64,000 nt of DNA, from positions 64,001 to 128,000 of the forward strand of contig CBDUKN010000002.1 in the NCBI GenBank assembly GCA_965367815.1, read 5' to 3'. The translations under genes and the position numbers were made by a program. The notes beneath the pieces are model-generated. The model did not search any database. It saw only the letters and a program-made list of their open reading frames with translations, and was not told the DNA's origin. The stretch is from an uncultured Thermoprotei archaeon. Its GTDB lineage: Archaea; Thermoproteota; Thermoprotei; Thermofilales; B15-G2. This document shows, one piece after another, positions 19,746 to 29,574 of the stretch; the stretch's first letter is position 1, and each line of letters begins with the position of its first letter.

Positions 19746-19800
19746 TGAGTGATGACCGCACGCGGCACTGAAGAGTGACGAGTACCAAACCGGCTGACTT
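19746..19800 (+). ncRNA. Box C/D methylation guide sRNA
   Basis: C GTGATGA 19749-19755, 12-nt guide CCGCACGCGGCA, D' CTGA 19768-19771, C' GTGACGA 19775-19781, 12-nt guide GTACCAAACCGG, D CTGA 19794-19797. Confidence 0.85.
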
Positions 19801-19852
19801 CTATGCTCACCCATGGAACTAGTATTGTACTTGACTTTACTAGATGGCTTTC

Positions 19853-19969
19853 TCCTTTATAGAGGATTGTGCTGATACATTTTTATTTCCCTGTAAAGGA
19901 TATATTAGCATATGAATATTCTCCTCTATAGGGGTGAATAATTATGGAGTTTAATTCCTCTAGAGAGGG
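19853..19969. repeat. Array of four 14-bp palindromes (consensus TCCTCTATAGAGGA), 34/35/34-bp period
   Basis: TCCTTTATAGAGGA 19853, TTCCCTGTAAAGGA 19887, TCCTCTATAGGGGT 19922, TCCTCTAGAGAGGG 19956. Confidence 0.75.
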
Positions 19970-21404
19970 TATAAGAGTTCGTGTTTTAGATTACATTAGG
20001 CGTCTCCTGGTTACTGCTCCTCATAAGGCGCTCTTGTACACGCGCCGAGGTAGACAAGAGCTTCCTTACAGATGGATTTTCTATAGACTAGTAAGCTACG
20101 CTCGTAGTTTTGCTGAAGGCTTTACTGAGAATAGGCTGATCATGATACCCGGTTTGAGGGGTACTGGGAAGACTACTGTTTTGTGGCAACTGTACAGGTA
20201 TTTAGTTGAGGAGAAAAAAATTAAACTAAAGTATGTTTTATTTCTGCCTGTTGACGAACTTAAGACACTTGTTGGCGGAGATATCTATGAAGCTGTTAAC
20301 TGTTATGAAGAATTACTGGGAAGGCGTCTGGAAGAGCTAGATAGACCTGTATTTCTTTTACTCGACGAGATTACTTATGATCCTAAATGGCCTTCAGCAG
20401 TTAAGGCTATTTACGACAGATCTCCCATGGTATTCATAGTAGTCTCGGGCTCATCTGCTCTTGCTTTGCAAATGACCCCAGATTTGGCCCGCAGAGGGAT
20501 TAGAGAAATTCTTTATCCGATGAGCATGGCCGAGTACTTAATGCTTAAGTACAACAAATATCTGCAGAAAAATTTCATAAAGCGCCTCAAGGCTGCTCTT
20601 TTCGAGACATTTTCGCCCGAAGAAATGCTTGAAAAGCTAGAGATTTTACACCGAATGCTAATGGCTATAGACCTCGACCTACGTACTTTAGTTAGCAGTT
20701 ATCTTAAGTTTGGAGGCTTACCTTTTACTATGCATGGCGACGAAATTACCTACGAACAAGTTTACGATGTAATTGAAAGAGTAATTAACAAGGATTTTGC
20801 AGCAATATATAAAATGAAAAGTGAAACTAGAGAACGAACAGCTGCTCTACTAGCTGGGCTCTCTACACATCCACCAGGACCTCTTTCAATATTAAGTATA
20901 TCGAAAAGCTTAGGAATTAAGTACGATACTGCGAGAAAAATTCTTCAAGCATTAGAGCACTCCCTAATTCTATACTCAATACCTCCTTACGCAAAAGGAC
21001 TAGCTCAAGCTAGAAAACTGCGTAAATACTGCTTCTCTACACCAGTGATACGTGCTGCACTAGCTTTTCGCTTAGGCTGGCCTCCAGAGGATCTTTTAGG
21101 CGCAATGCTAGAAGATGCTGTGCTTTCTACACTTATACGCCTTAAGGCTACATATCCTAAAATAGTGGGCGTTCATTACGACCCGAAAGAAGGAGGTGCA
21201 GACGCAGTAGTAGAGGTACGTACAGGTAAAGGAACGATAAGTGTACCATTAGAAATAGAGTGGGGACTGAAAGATGGACGGCAAGTAAGGAATACTATGA
21301 AGCATACGTCGTCTTCTTACGGAATAATAGTCGATGATGTAATTAAACCTGAATTAGACAAAGACGTCATTCATGTACCTAAATACATATTTCTTCTGCT
21401 GTAA
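19944..21404 (+). CDS. COG1373-type AAA+ ATPase (AAA_14 + HTH + DUF4143)
   Basis: GLRGTGKTT, LLLDEI, SGSS, YLKFGGLP, HTH (ISKSLGIKYDTARKIL..LE), G.MLE, AD.V....PLEIEWG; GGGGTGA RBS. Confidence 0.85.
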   Translation: MEFNSSREGIRVRVLDYIRRLLVTAPHKALLYTRRGRQELPYRWIFYRLVSYARSFAEGFTENRLIMIPGLRGTGKTTVLWQLYRYLVEEKKIKLKYVLFLPVDELKTLVGGDIYEAVNCYEELLGRRLEELDRPVFLLLDEITYDPKWPSAVKAIYDRSPMVFIVVSGSSALALQMTPDLARRGIREILYPMSMAEYLMLKYNKYLQKNFIKRLKAALFETFSPEEMLEKLEILHRMLMAIDLDLRTLVSSYLKFGGLPFTMHGDEITYEQVYDVIERVINKDFAAIYKMKSETRERTAALLAGLSTHPPGPLSILSISKSLGIKYDTARKILQALEHSLILYSIPPYAKGLAQARKLRKYCFSTPVIRAALAFRLGWPPEDLLGAMLEDAVLSTLIRLKATYPKIVGVHYDPKEGGADAVVEVRTGKGTISVPLEIEWGLKDGRQVRNTMKHTSSSYGIIVDDVIKPELDKDVIHVPKYIFLLL

Positions 21405-21440
21405 AGTAATCATTAGAAAAGCATTAGCAGTCAAACTTTC

Positions 21441-22331
21441 TTACTTCAGTAAGTATTTTTGCAAGATCGCTATATCTTCTAGTATGTGCATGTCGCAAGG
21501 TCTCTCTATGATAACGCTGCCTTTATAACCTTCTTCTGCTACTGCTGCAAATACTTTGGCGAAGTCTACTGTCCCTAAGCTTAATGGATTGTGGTCGTCA
21601 CGTTCCCCATAATTGTTGTTTACATGAATATTTACTACAAATTTAGATACTTTTCTGAAGAATTCTTCTGGCCTCTCATAAGATAGATTTGCGTGACCCA
21701 CATCGAACGCTACTTTGAGTGCAGATGAGTTTACTGCTCGAAGTATTTGAAGCAGTTCTTCGCTACTTCTCCCAAAATGCGATGAAACTAGCTTTTGGCC
21801 ATGTTCTATGTGGAAGTAATCCATGTTTTCTAAGGCTAGCAGCACTTTTCGCCTAGCTGCATAAGAAGCTATTTTCTTTAAATTAGCTGTCATAGCCTTG
21901 AAGGCTTCACGGTATTCTAGTAACTTTTCTACATGCCGTGACGGCTCATAGTTTGAGAAGCTGGGCTTGAAGTAAGCAGGGTGAATTGTTATGATATGTA
22001 TATTGTTATTTGAAGCTATCTCAATTATTGAGAATAGTTCTTCGAGAACTTTTTTACGTACTTCAGGGTTTCTGTAGGCTAGTTTTACTGAATTTTCTAC
22101 ATCATGTACTTGTATACAAATATTACTGTAGTTTAGTTTACCTAATACTTTTAGCAGTTTTCTTAAATCGCTGCTGTCTTCTATGCAGAACTCGTAGCAT
22201 CTTATATTAAGATTAAGTAGGCGATCTAATATATGTTTAGTTATTTTGAATAGCTCGTCTATATTGAGATTTTTAAGTTTCTTATGGTATATTTTTTCAT
22301 AGGTTTCTGTAACCATTACTCCTATTATCAT
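21441..22331 (-). CDS. Sugar phosphate isomerase/epimerase (xylose isomerase-like TIM barrel)
   Basis: TIHP, LALENM, FDVGHA, IHVNNN...DDH, GTVDF, IIE. Confidence 0.82.
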   Translation of the reverse strand: MIIGVMVTETYEKIYHKKLKNLNIDELFKITKHILDRLLNLNIRCYEFCIEDSSDLRKLLKVLGKLNYSNICIQVHDVENSVKLAYRNPEVRKKVLEELFSIIEIASNNNIHIITIHPAYFKPSFSNYEPSRHVEKLLEYREAFKAMTANLKKIASYAARRKVLLALENMDYFHIEHGQKLVSSHFGRSSEELLQILRAVNSSALKVAFDVGHANLSYERPEEFFRKVSKFVVNIHVNNNYGERDDHNPLSLGTVDFAKVFAAVAEEGYKGSVIIERPCDMHILEDIAILQKYLLK

Positions 22332-24947
22332 TGTTTCACTTTAAGGCTTACCGTAATTATTTCGAAGGGTTTCGCTTCAATAGAGACAGTATTCTCGTCG
22401 ACTTTAAGTTCCTTTATCTTTTCTTCAAGTAGATTTGTTTCATTTGCTGCCTCGATTTCCTTGAAGAAAGTTATTTTGCCTCTGGTTTTTCTGCCTTCTG
22501 CTTCGTAGAAGCGGAGTACTACTTCATTTCCTTTGAAAGACTTCTTGAGGGCTACTAGTACTAGGTTTTCGGGAAAGAGTTTTAGAAAGCTGTATTCTTT
22601 TAGTAGTTTTCCTTTGTGTTTTGTTGTTTTCAGGGGTATGAGGGGATTGTTGAATTCGAGAGCTACTTTATATGATTTTGCCTCGCGCCATGATTTCTCA
22701 TGTGGGTATAGAGAATACTCGAATACGTGGTATCCTTTTTCTAGTGCCTTTGGACCCATTTCGTAGTAGATATAGTATTTGCCTGATCTTTCTAGGTAGG
22801 CTTTGGCTAGTTTTATTAATCTGAGCTGTCCTATGGGTGCTGAGAGGTACATAGCGTTAATGCTTCTTAATAGAGTTAGTATTAGCGTGTTTTCGACTAC
22901 GCTGTTTCCCGGGATACCTTTATTGATTAAAGTAACTCCGTAGTCGTTGTTCGAGTAGTCTACCCAGTTTACTGCGGGGTATTCTCCTTCGCTTCTTTTT
23001 ATTGCTCCGTAAGGTATTTCATGCCATATTTCACCTTTCTTGATGTTTACTGGAAAAACTACTCTCAGTCTCTTGTTTTCGTCTCCGAACTCTATTTCCG
23101 TTATGAAGTCTATTCCTTTGACTTTGTCGTAGATTATGGTGAGCTGAGTGTATTTGCTGTTTCCGATAACACCTTTTGAAACCATTACTGCTCTTACGGG
23201 GCCTTTTTCGGCTATTATTCCCTGGGGAACACACATGCTCGTGTTAAGTGTTGTTGGGTTCGGCGGGTCTTTAATAGGAGTTACTACCTGGTGAGCATCT
23301 ATGTCGCCGTTTATATTGCAGACTGACCCGTAGTCAGGCTCCATGAAAATGGTGTTCGCAAGATACTTGCTGCAGTCTAGTACCTCTCTTTTCGCTTCCT
23401 TATCGTATATACTGACAATATTCTTTGATAGTGTATCGAAACTTATTTTAAAGTATTGATTTTCTATAATATATTCGCCTTCTTTTTCGGATACTTTAAT
23501 ACTGGTTTCATATATTCTATTCGAGGGCGCCTCTGCTGACTCTATGTAATATGTTTTGTAGCCTAAAGGCGGCACATTTTCCACTATGAAAGCTATTTTT
23601 ACAGTATTTAATGTCCTGTCGGGATTTCTTCTAGCTTCAATTATTTGTGAAGGTATTTCTTTTCCATTGGAGTCTATTACTTTTAATGTTTTTGCTTTAG
23701 GCCCGCATACAGCTATGTTTACGTAAACTACGTCAGTTCGCGTCCAGGCTAAAGGATTGAATACTACTACTGGTATCTCTCCTTTTTCTGACTGTGTGTC
23801 TATTAGCGATACTATTGACTTAAGTGCTTTTGTTAGTACTTCGCGACAGATACTTTCTGCTGTTTTATAGTTTTCCATTATTTTGTCGTAGACTTCGTCT
23901 ACTACTTCACCGTTTATAGCGTCGTGGAACTGGTTCATTAGAATTAGTTTTAGAGCTTTCTCAAGCTGTTCTTCAGGGTAGTTTTCTCCGAGAACCCATG
24001 TTATAGTGGCGCATTTTTCTGCCGTAAGATAAAGGTTTTCTACCTTTCTGTTAGCTTTCTTTATTTCAATTCTAGTGCTATATGTTCCTCTGAAAATAGG
24101 ATTGAATTCTCCTTTAATTACAGGCAGTTTGCTTGAGTCTTTTTCTAGTGATTTAAAGTACTCGCTTGCAGTAGCGATAGATATCTGCCAGTTTCTCCTG
24201 CGTCTTTTCCATTCCCTTACAATCTCGACTATTGAGCGTTGAGGCGGAGAAAAGTCATCTCCATTGAGTAACATAATGTTTTCCGTGGGAGCTACTTTAC
24301 TTATTTCTCTAGCATTGTTTTCTAGGAAAGATATTGCTCTGTCTATATCGAAAGAACTTATGAGGTAAAAGTATCTTAGCTCTCCTTGAGGCACATAGCC
24401 TGAACTATATCCTAGGAGCGCGATACGTAAGTATTCTAGTGCCGTCGATTCCTTCCCAGAAGAAGTCGCTGGGCATGTTTTTGAGAGCTCCTCGCTAGAA
24501 AACAAAGTACTTTACTCCAGCTTTCCTGAATATTTGAGGACGCTGCGCAGACTGACCATAAACATCAATAAACCAGCCGCACTTAGCTTTTGTACTGAAA
24601 TTCTCTTGAATATACTTTTGGAAAATAACGATATTTCTTGCCAGGAATTCTCCTGAAGGAATATTGGAGTCAGGCTGAGTATAGCCGGAGCAAACGAATT
24701 CTATTAGCTTACTTTCTACAGCTTTCTTGAATTTCTCTACAAGCTCAGGATATTCTTCTACAAATTTTTCAATATAAATTGTTTGATCTAAATTAAATTT
24801 ATACTCATGGTTTTTCTCGAGAAACTCTAGCAGATCTACTATATTTTCTACGGTTATCTTAAAATACTCCTCAAAAGACAGCTGCCAGAGAGCGTCAAAG
24901 TGCCAGTGAGGAATAATGAATATTTTCAGTTGCTTGTTTCCCACCAC
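22328..24947 (-). pseudogene. GH38 alpha-mannosidase, disrupted by an in-frame TAG (24497-24495) and a frameshift (about 24415)
   Basis: HWHFDALW and GWFIDVYG in the 5' ORF. Past the TAG the same frame reads RGALKNMPSDFFWEGIDGTRI, then shifts into the frame carrying GDD, GTYSTR, NQFHDAI.G and VFNPL.W.R. Confidence 0.8.
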
Positions 24948-25185
24948 GTTTAAAGAAGTTTACTTGAGAAATATATCATTTAAAAGTCTTCTGCTAGAGT
25001 ATCATAAATAATAACTCCCTCTAGGACTATGACTATAGCCTTTTCGGCCTAGTTATCAAGTAAACCACCTAGTAAGCTTCTACTCTACTCACGTACCGAA
25101 ACGCTCCAATCACTATCGTTAAACTCAAATATAGTAAGTTACGCGGAAGTTCTTCGACAAAAATTTAACTGAAGCAGAAAACTTA

Positions 25186-26103
25186 GTGATAGTGTCCTCT
25201 GTATCAGAGCATGAAATACTTAACGCCGTAGCAAAAGCTAGAGAAATCGCAGCTGGATTGCTCATAACAGAGTTTCATGAGAAGTGCAGAGAACTAGATA
25301 CACTTCTAAGTAAAATATTAATGCTTATTGGTAAAATAAAGTCAAAGTATTCTATAGAAGAAATTGACGCTGGATTTAGTATTAATAAATTGATTGAAAA
25401 AGGATCTATAAAAGAATACGTTTTAGAGCTAGATCCTAAATGCTTTATTAGTCTTAAAAAAGTATTTAAGCTATATAGTTTAGGCAAATTATCGGGATTA
25501 GAGTTTTTTGATAGAGTAAGAGCAGCTATAAGGCTTTCTTTAAATATAAAGGAGAGAGATCTATATCAGATGTTTGTATTTCTTTCTCTGCTGCTGTACT
25601 TGAAGGCCGATATCCTTAAGCCGTCTTCTAAGCTAATTTTAGAGAGAAGAACATTACCTAGGAAAATTCCAGCTACAGTAGTTCTAGCTACTGCCGACGG
25701 GAAGTATATGAGCATTTTTTATGAAGCACTTAGACCTGTTAAAGGAAGCGGCATACCGCGCTATAGACCTGACTTAATGATCTATAGCAGACTAGTCCCT
25801 GAGATAGCTTTTGCTAATAATAGAGTATATCCCTCACCTGATTACATAGTTGAAGTAGAGTCAGGATCTAAATGGTTTGAGAAAGAGAATGCCAGAATAT
25901 GGGGAAAAATTTCTAACATAGAGCTTGTTAGAAACTATATTGAAGTATTCAAGCCTCATAAAATGATACTTGTTTCTCGAGTAAAAGTTCCTTCTAGTAT
26001 CCGTGAAGATTTGGCTGAATACAGTGTTGTGCTGATTGATGGAGTGCAGTACAATTACCGTTTTATAGGAAAGGAATTAGTGCGAATTTTTGAGCAAACT
26101 TAA
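25186..26103 (+). CDS. Hypothetical protein with a C-terminal PD-(D/E)XK nuclease-like fold
   Basis: RPDLMIY...PDYIVEVE. Confidence 0.55.
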   Translation: MIVSSVSEHEILNAVAKAREIAAGLLITEFHEKCRELDTLLSKILMLIGKIKSKYSIEEIDAGFSINKLIEKGSIKEYVLELDPKCFISLKKVFKLYSLGKLSGLEFFDRVRAAIRLSLNIKERDLYQMFVFLSLLLYLKADILKPSSKLILERRTLPRKIPATVVLATADGKYMSIFYEALRPVKGSGIPRYRPDLMIYSRLVPEIAFANNRVYPSPDYIVEVESGSKWFEKENARIWGKISNIELVRNYIEVFKPHKMILVSRVKVPSSIREDLAEYSVVLIDGVQYNYRFIGKELVRIFEQT

Positions 26104-26541
26104 GAGTAGTTTTGCTACATAGCTATCTTTTTCTCTGTAGAGAGTATTTAGCCGACTAGTAAGTACTTTTTTCTTTTCCTCTGGTAGTGCTCTAAGAAGA
26201 GCTTTAATCCACTTTAAGCACTTTTCATCGCAGTTTACAGCATTCTTTAGGGTCGTTTTAGATACCTTTATCCCTACTTCGCGAAGTGCATCGAGCACTT
26301 CTTGGTACTCGTTTTTGTATGCTAAGTACTCGTAGTCCTCAAGGTGCAGTTTATGCCTACATAACTTACGAAAATTTTCTATAGCACAAGTACTTAGAGG
26401 GAATCTATACTCTTTTGAAATATAGACCCACTCATGGTAGCACTCTATGCATAGACTTATAGGAATTTCTTCTCCTTCCTCGCTTCTGAGTAGCATTTTT
26501 CTCGAAGCTCTACGCCGAGAACAACAAAGACATCTATTCAT
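26077..26541 (-). CDS. Hypothetical Cys-rich (Zn finger) protein
   Basis: CLCC...CIEC at the N-terminus; upstream TATA. Confidence 0.6.
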   Translation of the reverse strand: MNRCLCCSRRRASRKMLLRSEEGEEIPISLCIECYHEWVYISKEYRFPLSTCAIENFRKLCRHKLHLEDYEYLAYKNEYQEVLDALREVGIKVSKTTLKNAVNCDEKCLKWIKALLRALPEEKKKVLTSRLNTLYREKDSYVAKLLLSLLKNSH

Positions 26542-26623
26542 TACATTTTTCTTGAGTGCAGTAGTTATATAAAACTAGCTTACAGCTTAAATCACATTAA
26601 TTAACTTCTACTCTAAATAATCT

Positions 26624-27361
26624 ATGAAGATGATTGTAGAGATAATTTCAACAGGAAAAGAGCTTCTAGTAGGAGAAGTAGTAAACACTAATGCCGTGTG
26701 GATTGCTAAAAGACTAACTCTCAAGGGTTTTACTGTAAGAAGAATTATAGTAGTTGGAGATAGCATTGAGGAAATAAGTAGTGCTTTAGAAGAATCTATG
26801 AAACGAGCGAATTTAATAATTTTGACAGGCGGTTTAGGTCCTACTTCCGACGATGTTACGCGCGAGGCTGTAGCGCAAGTGCTCAAACGCAAGCTAGTGT
26901 TAAGCAAAGAAGTTTTTGACTATATTTTACGTGAGAGAAAATGTGGCTTGAAGGCTACCGAAAAAATGTCCTATGTAATTGAAGGATGCTACATAATATT
27001 CAACAAAGTAGGCTCTGCGCCGGGAATGATCATAGAACACGACTCTAAAATAGTAGTCTGCCTACCAGGTCCTCCCCACGAGCTCAAATCTATGTTTCCT
27101 GAAGTAGAAAAATATTTGGAAAAATATTCTGCTGAAAAGTTATATGAAGAAAGAATTAGAGTAAGCGGTCTCCCTGAGATCTCTGTTTTTGAAAAAATAT
27201 ACTCTATTGCTAAAAAATATCCTAAGATATATTTTAAGACTAGAGTACTTAATAGCGGAGAAGTAGAAATATATTTACTTGGAAAAGAAAGCGATATTGC
27301 TAAGGCATCTAATGAGATAAGAGAGCTTCTTAAAGGATATATTAAGTCTTCGCCCTCTTAG
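26624..27361 (+). CDS. cinA: CinA-like molybdopterin-binding domain protein (no PncC domain)
   Basis: G.ELL.G.VVNTN, TGGLGPT.DD.T, N.VGSAPG, LPGPP.E. Confidence 0.85.
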   Translation: MKMIVEIISTGKELLVGEVVNTNAVWIAKRLTLKGFTVRRIIVVGDSIEEISSALEESMKRANLIILTGGLGPTSDDVTREAVAQVLKRKLVLSKEVFDYILRERKCGLKATEKMSYVIEGCYIIFNKVGSAPGMIIEHDSKIVVCLPGPPHELKSMFPEVEKYLEKYSAEKLYEERIRVSGLPEISVFEKIYSIAKKYPKIYFKTRVLNSGEVEIYLLGKESDIAKASNEIRELLKGYIKSSPS

Positions 27362-29486
27362 ATACTTCTCTACGTATTTCCTCTATTTCTTCGAGTATAT
27401 CCGTAATATCTACTTCGATTTTTTCGTGTTTTCTTGCTTTAATAGCAATATACAAAATTGCGATAATAGATAAAGCGGAAACTGTTATTAGAACAATATT
27501 TTTGCCCGTTGCTTCTTCGGTAGTCTCACCTTTATGGTACCCTGTTGGCACGAACTCTTTAACTGAAAATAGACGTGGAAGAACTAGCTCTAAAGAAAAT
27601 GCTGTTGAGTACTCTGCGTCAACGGGAGATTTACAAACATCTAATTCTACGGAGGGGTTAGAGACGTTAAGAAGAATTATTTTTGTGTCAACAGCGTTTC
27701 TGAGGACACTGCCATTGCTTAACGGACATATTAGAACAGATGTTTCCATAGTGTAGATACTGGCTTCTTCTGATACTGTTTTGTTCTCAGATGTAGCAAC
27801 AATAATTTTACTCGAGCTTTTAATCACCAGTCCATAGATAGTGTTCTCTGTTTTCACTACGATACCTTTTACAGTATTATTAATAGCCACTATTTCTATT
27901 TTCGGCTTCTGCTCAGCACTTTCTGAGAGTATTTCAAGAGAGTACTTGTAGTAAAGGTTCCACTCCGCGTAAGCACATTTTCTTATTTTTTCTAGATGAT
28001 CTTTTGTTTCAGTTAAATTATTTAGCTTATTTTCCATAGTTGAGAGTTGTTTTAAGCTTGAATTAACTGTTCTCACTAAAGTTTCTGAAATATTGTAGAG
28101 AACAAGAGACAAATTTATGTTAGTATACCCTATTAAGTTAATAGACGATGATAATTTAACAAAACCCTGCCCGGCTTCTTTAAGCTTATCTGCGGCCTCT
28201 TCTCCTTCTTCAATAGCTCTGTTTATTGAAGACACCATTTTTTTGAGTTTCTCTACCTCTTCAAATAGTTCTTCTTGATTTTGGCTTAGTTGCTCAATTA
28301 AAGTCTTTAAGCCTTCTAAAAGCTGTATTATTGTTTCGTTTTGAGGATATATCTTCTTCAATGTATCGATTGCCTCTTCTAGTGAACTTATTACTTCATT
28401 GTAATCTACTTCACTTGACTCTAGAGCTTTCAGTACTTCACTTATTTTATTTAATGTAGCTGAAGCATATGAGATAGATCCTTTAAATGACTTAATAAGT
28501 GACTTCATCTCTTCTGAAGCTTTTATTAAGTTTTCTCCAGAATCCTTAAGAACACTTGATATTTTAAGAAGCGAGTAACCAGTGTTATTCAACACAGTAG
28601 ATATATTGGCCAATCCTTCGGCAAGCTTAAGAGAAGCATTTATGCCTTCTTTCATCTTACTGACAATTGACGATAATCCTTCGATATACTCGTTCAGTCG
28701 ATTCATTATTTCCTCTACTCTTTCAGCAACTAAATCAGGTCTGTCGATAACTTGTATCGATATGCGTTTGAGGGGTACTTCACCCCAAGGGTTTACTTCT
28801 TCTACTTTTGCTTTAAAACTCAGGCTTATATTGTTATAGAGAGTAATCATCCAGACGTGCATTCTCTCGTCTCCGATCATAATTGTAGAGTTCGGCTGTG
28901 GACTAAGCGATAAAGGCTTAAGGTATGAAGGAAAGTTAAACATTATGATTAAGTTCAGCGGTAACCTCAAGTAGCTGTTTTCGCAAAGCCATCTTTTCTT
29001 CGTATTCACTAAAGTAATATTGAGTGAAACTATTTCTCCTACTTCTACTTTAACATAGTCTACACCATTTCTTTCAATAATTTCTGCTCTGCGTCCATTA
29101 ACTGATATTTCGACAGAGTAGTTTATCGGAGGAGGAGTAAAAAGCCTCGCTGAATATTTTATATTAGTTGGAAGCTTTAAGCGCTCCCAAATAAGCTTCA
29201 AGTAGCGGCCATAATACTTTATTGAAGAAGGCTTAGGTGAGATTTCTAAAATATCTTGAGGAGAAACAAACCATATCCTATCTACAATAGTGCGAAAGCC
29301 TGTTCCCTCAATAGTTATCTCCACATCTACTTTCCACTCCTCTATCTTACCATTAAGTCCGAGTATACAATAGTACTCGACCTTCTTCATTACATGGATT
29401 TCTTGAGAAGAAGTAGCTATAGTCTCGACTTTGAAGAAAATAATAAGAATTAATTCTGTAAGAAATAACGCCAGAACTTTTCTCAC
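27342..29486 (-). CDS. Large secreted, C-terminally anchored protein with a long central coiled coil
   Basis: Signal peptide, beta-rich N-domain, about 250 aa of heptad helix, C-terminal TM, many N-x-S/T sequons. Confidence 0.7.
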   Translation of the reverse strand: MRKVLALFLTELILIIFFKVETIATSSQEIHVMKKVEYYCILGLNGKIEEWKVDVEITIEGTGFRTIVDRIWFVSPQDILEISPKPSSIKYYGRYLKLIWERLKLPTNIKYSARLFTPPPINYSVEISVNGRRAEIIERNGVDYVKVEVGEIVSLNITLVNTKKRWLCENSYLRLPLNLIIMFNFPSYLKPLSLSPQPNSTIMIGDERMHVWMITLYNNISLSFKAKVEEVNPWGEVPLKRISIQVIDRPDLVAERVEEIMNRLNEYIEGLSSIVSKMKEGINASLKLAEGLANISTVLNNTGYSLLKISSVLKDSGENLIKASEEMKSLIKSFKGSISYASATLNKISEVLKALESSEVDYNEVISSLEEAIDTLKKIYPQNETIIQLLEGLKTLIEQLSQNQEELFEEVEKLKKMVSSINRAIEEGEEAADKLKEAGQGFVKLSSSINLIGYTNINLSLVLYNISETLVRTVNSSLKQLSTMENKLNNLTETKDHLEKIRKCAYAEWNLYYKYSLEILSESAEQKPKIEIVAINNTVKGIVVKTENTIYGLVIKSSSKIIVATSENKTVSEEASIYTMETSVLICPLSNGSVLRNAVDTKIILLNVSNPSVELDVCKSPVDAEYSTAFSLELVLPRLFSVKEFVPTGYHKGETTEEATGKNIVLITVSALSIIAILYIAIKARKHEKIEVDITDILEEIEEIRREVSKRAKT

Positions 29487-29574
29487 AGTATAGCAATATT
29501 TATACCTTCTATTAAGTCTTACTTTTCTGTAGTTTTTCCTTTACTAATATAGATTTTAACTGAATATTTTAAGT

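Noticed and set aside
19610-19810. 66-aa minus-strand ORF from the track
   Set aside because: Shadow of the plus-strand C/D sRNAs, with atypical composition
19853-19969. Mini-CRISPR array
   Set aside because: 14-bp degenerate repeats, 20-21-bp AT-rich spacers, overlap with the RBS and CDS, and no cas genes; an operator array fits better
24495-24497. Pyrrolysine recoding of the GH38 TAG
   Set aside because: A separate frameshift follows within about 80 bp, TAG terminates many normal genes here, and no pyl genes are seen
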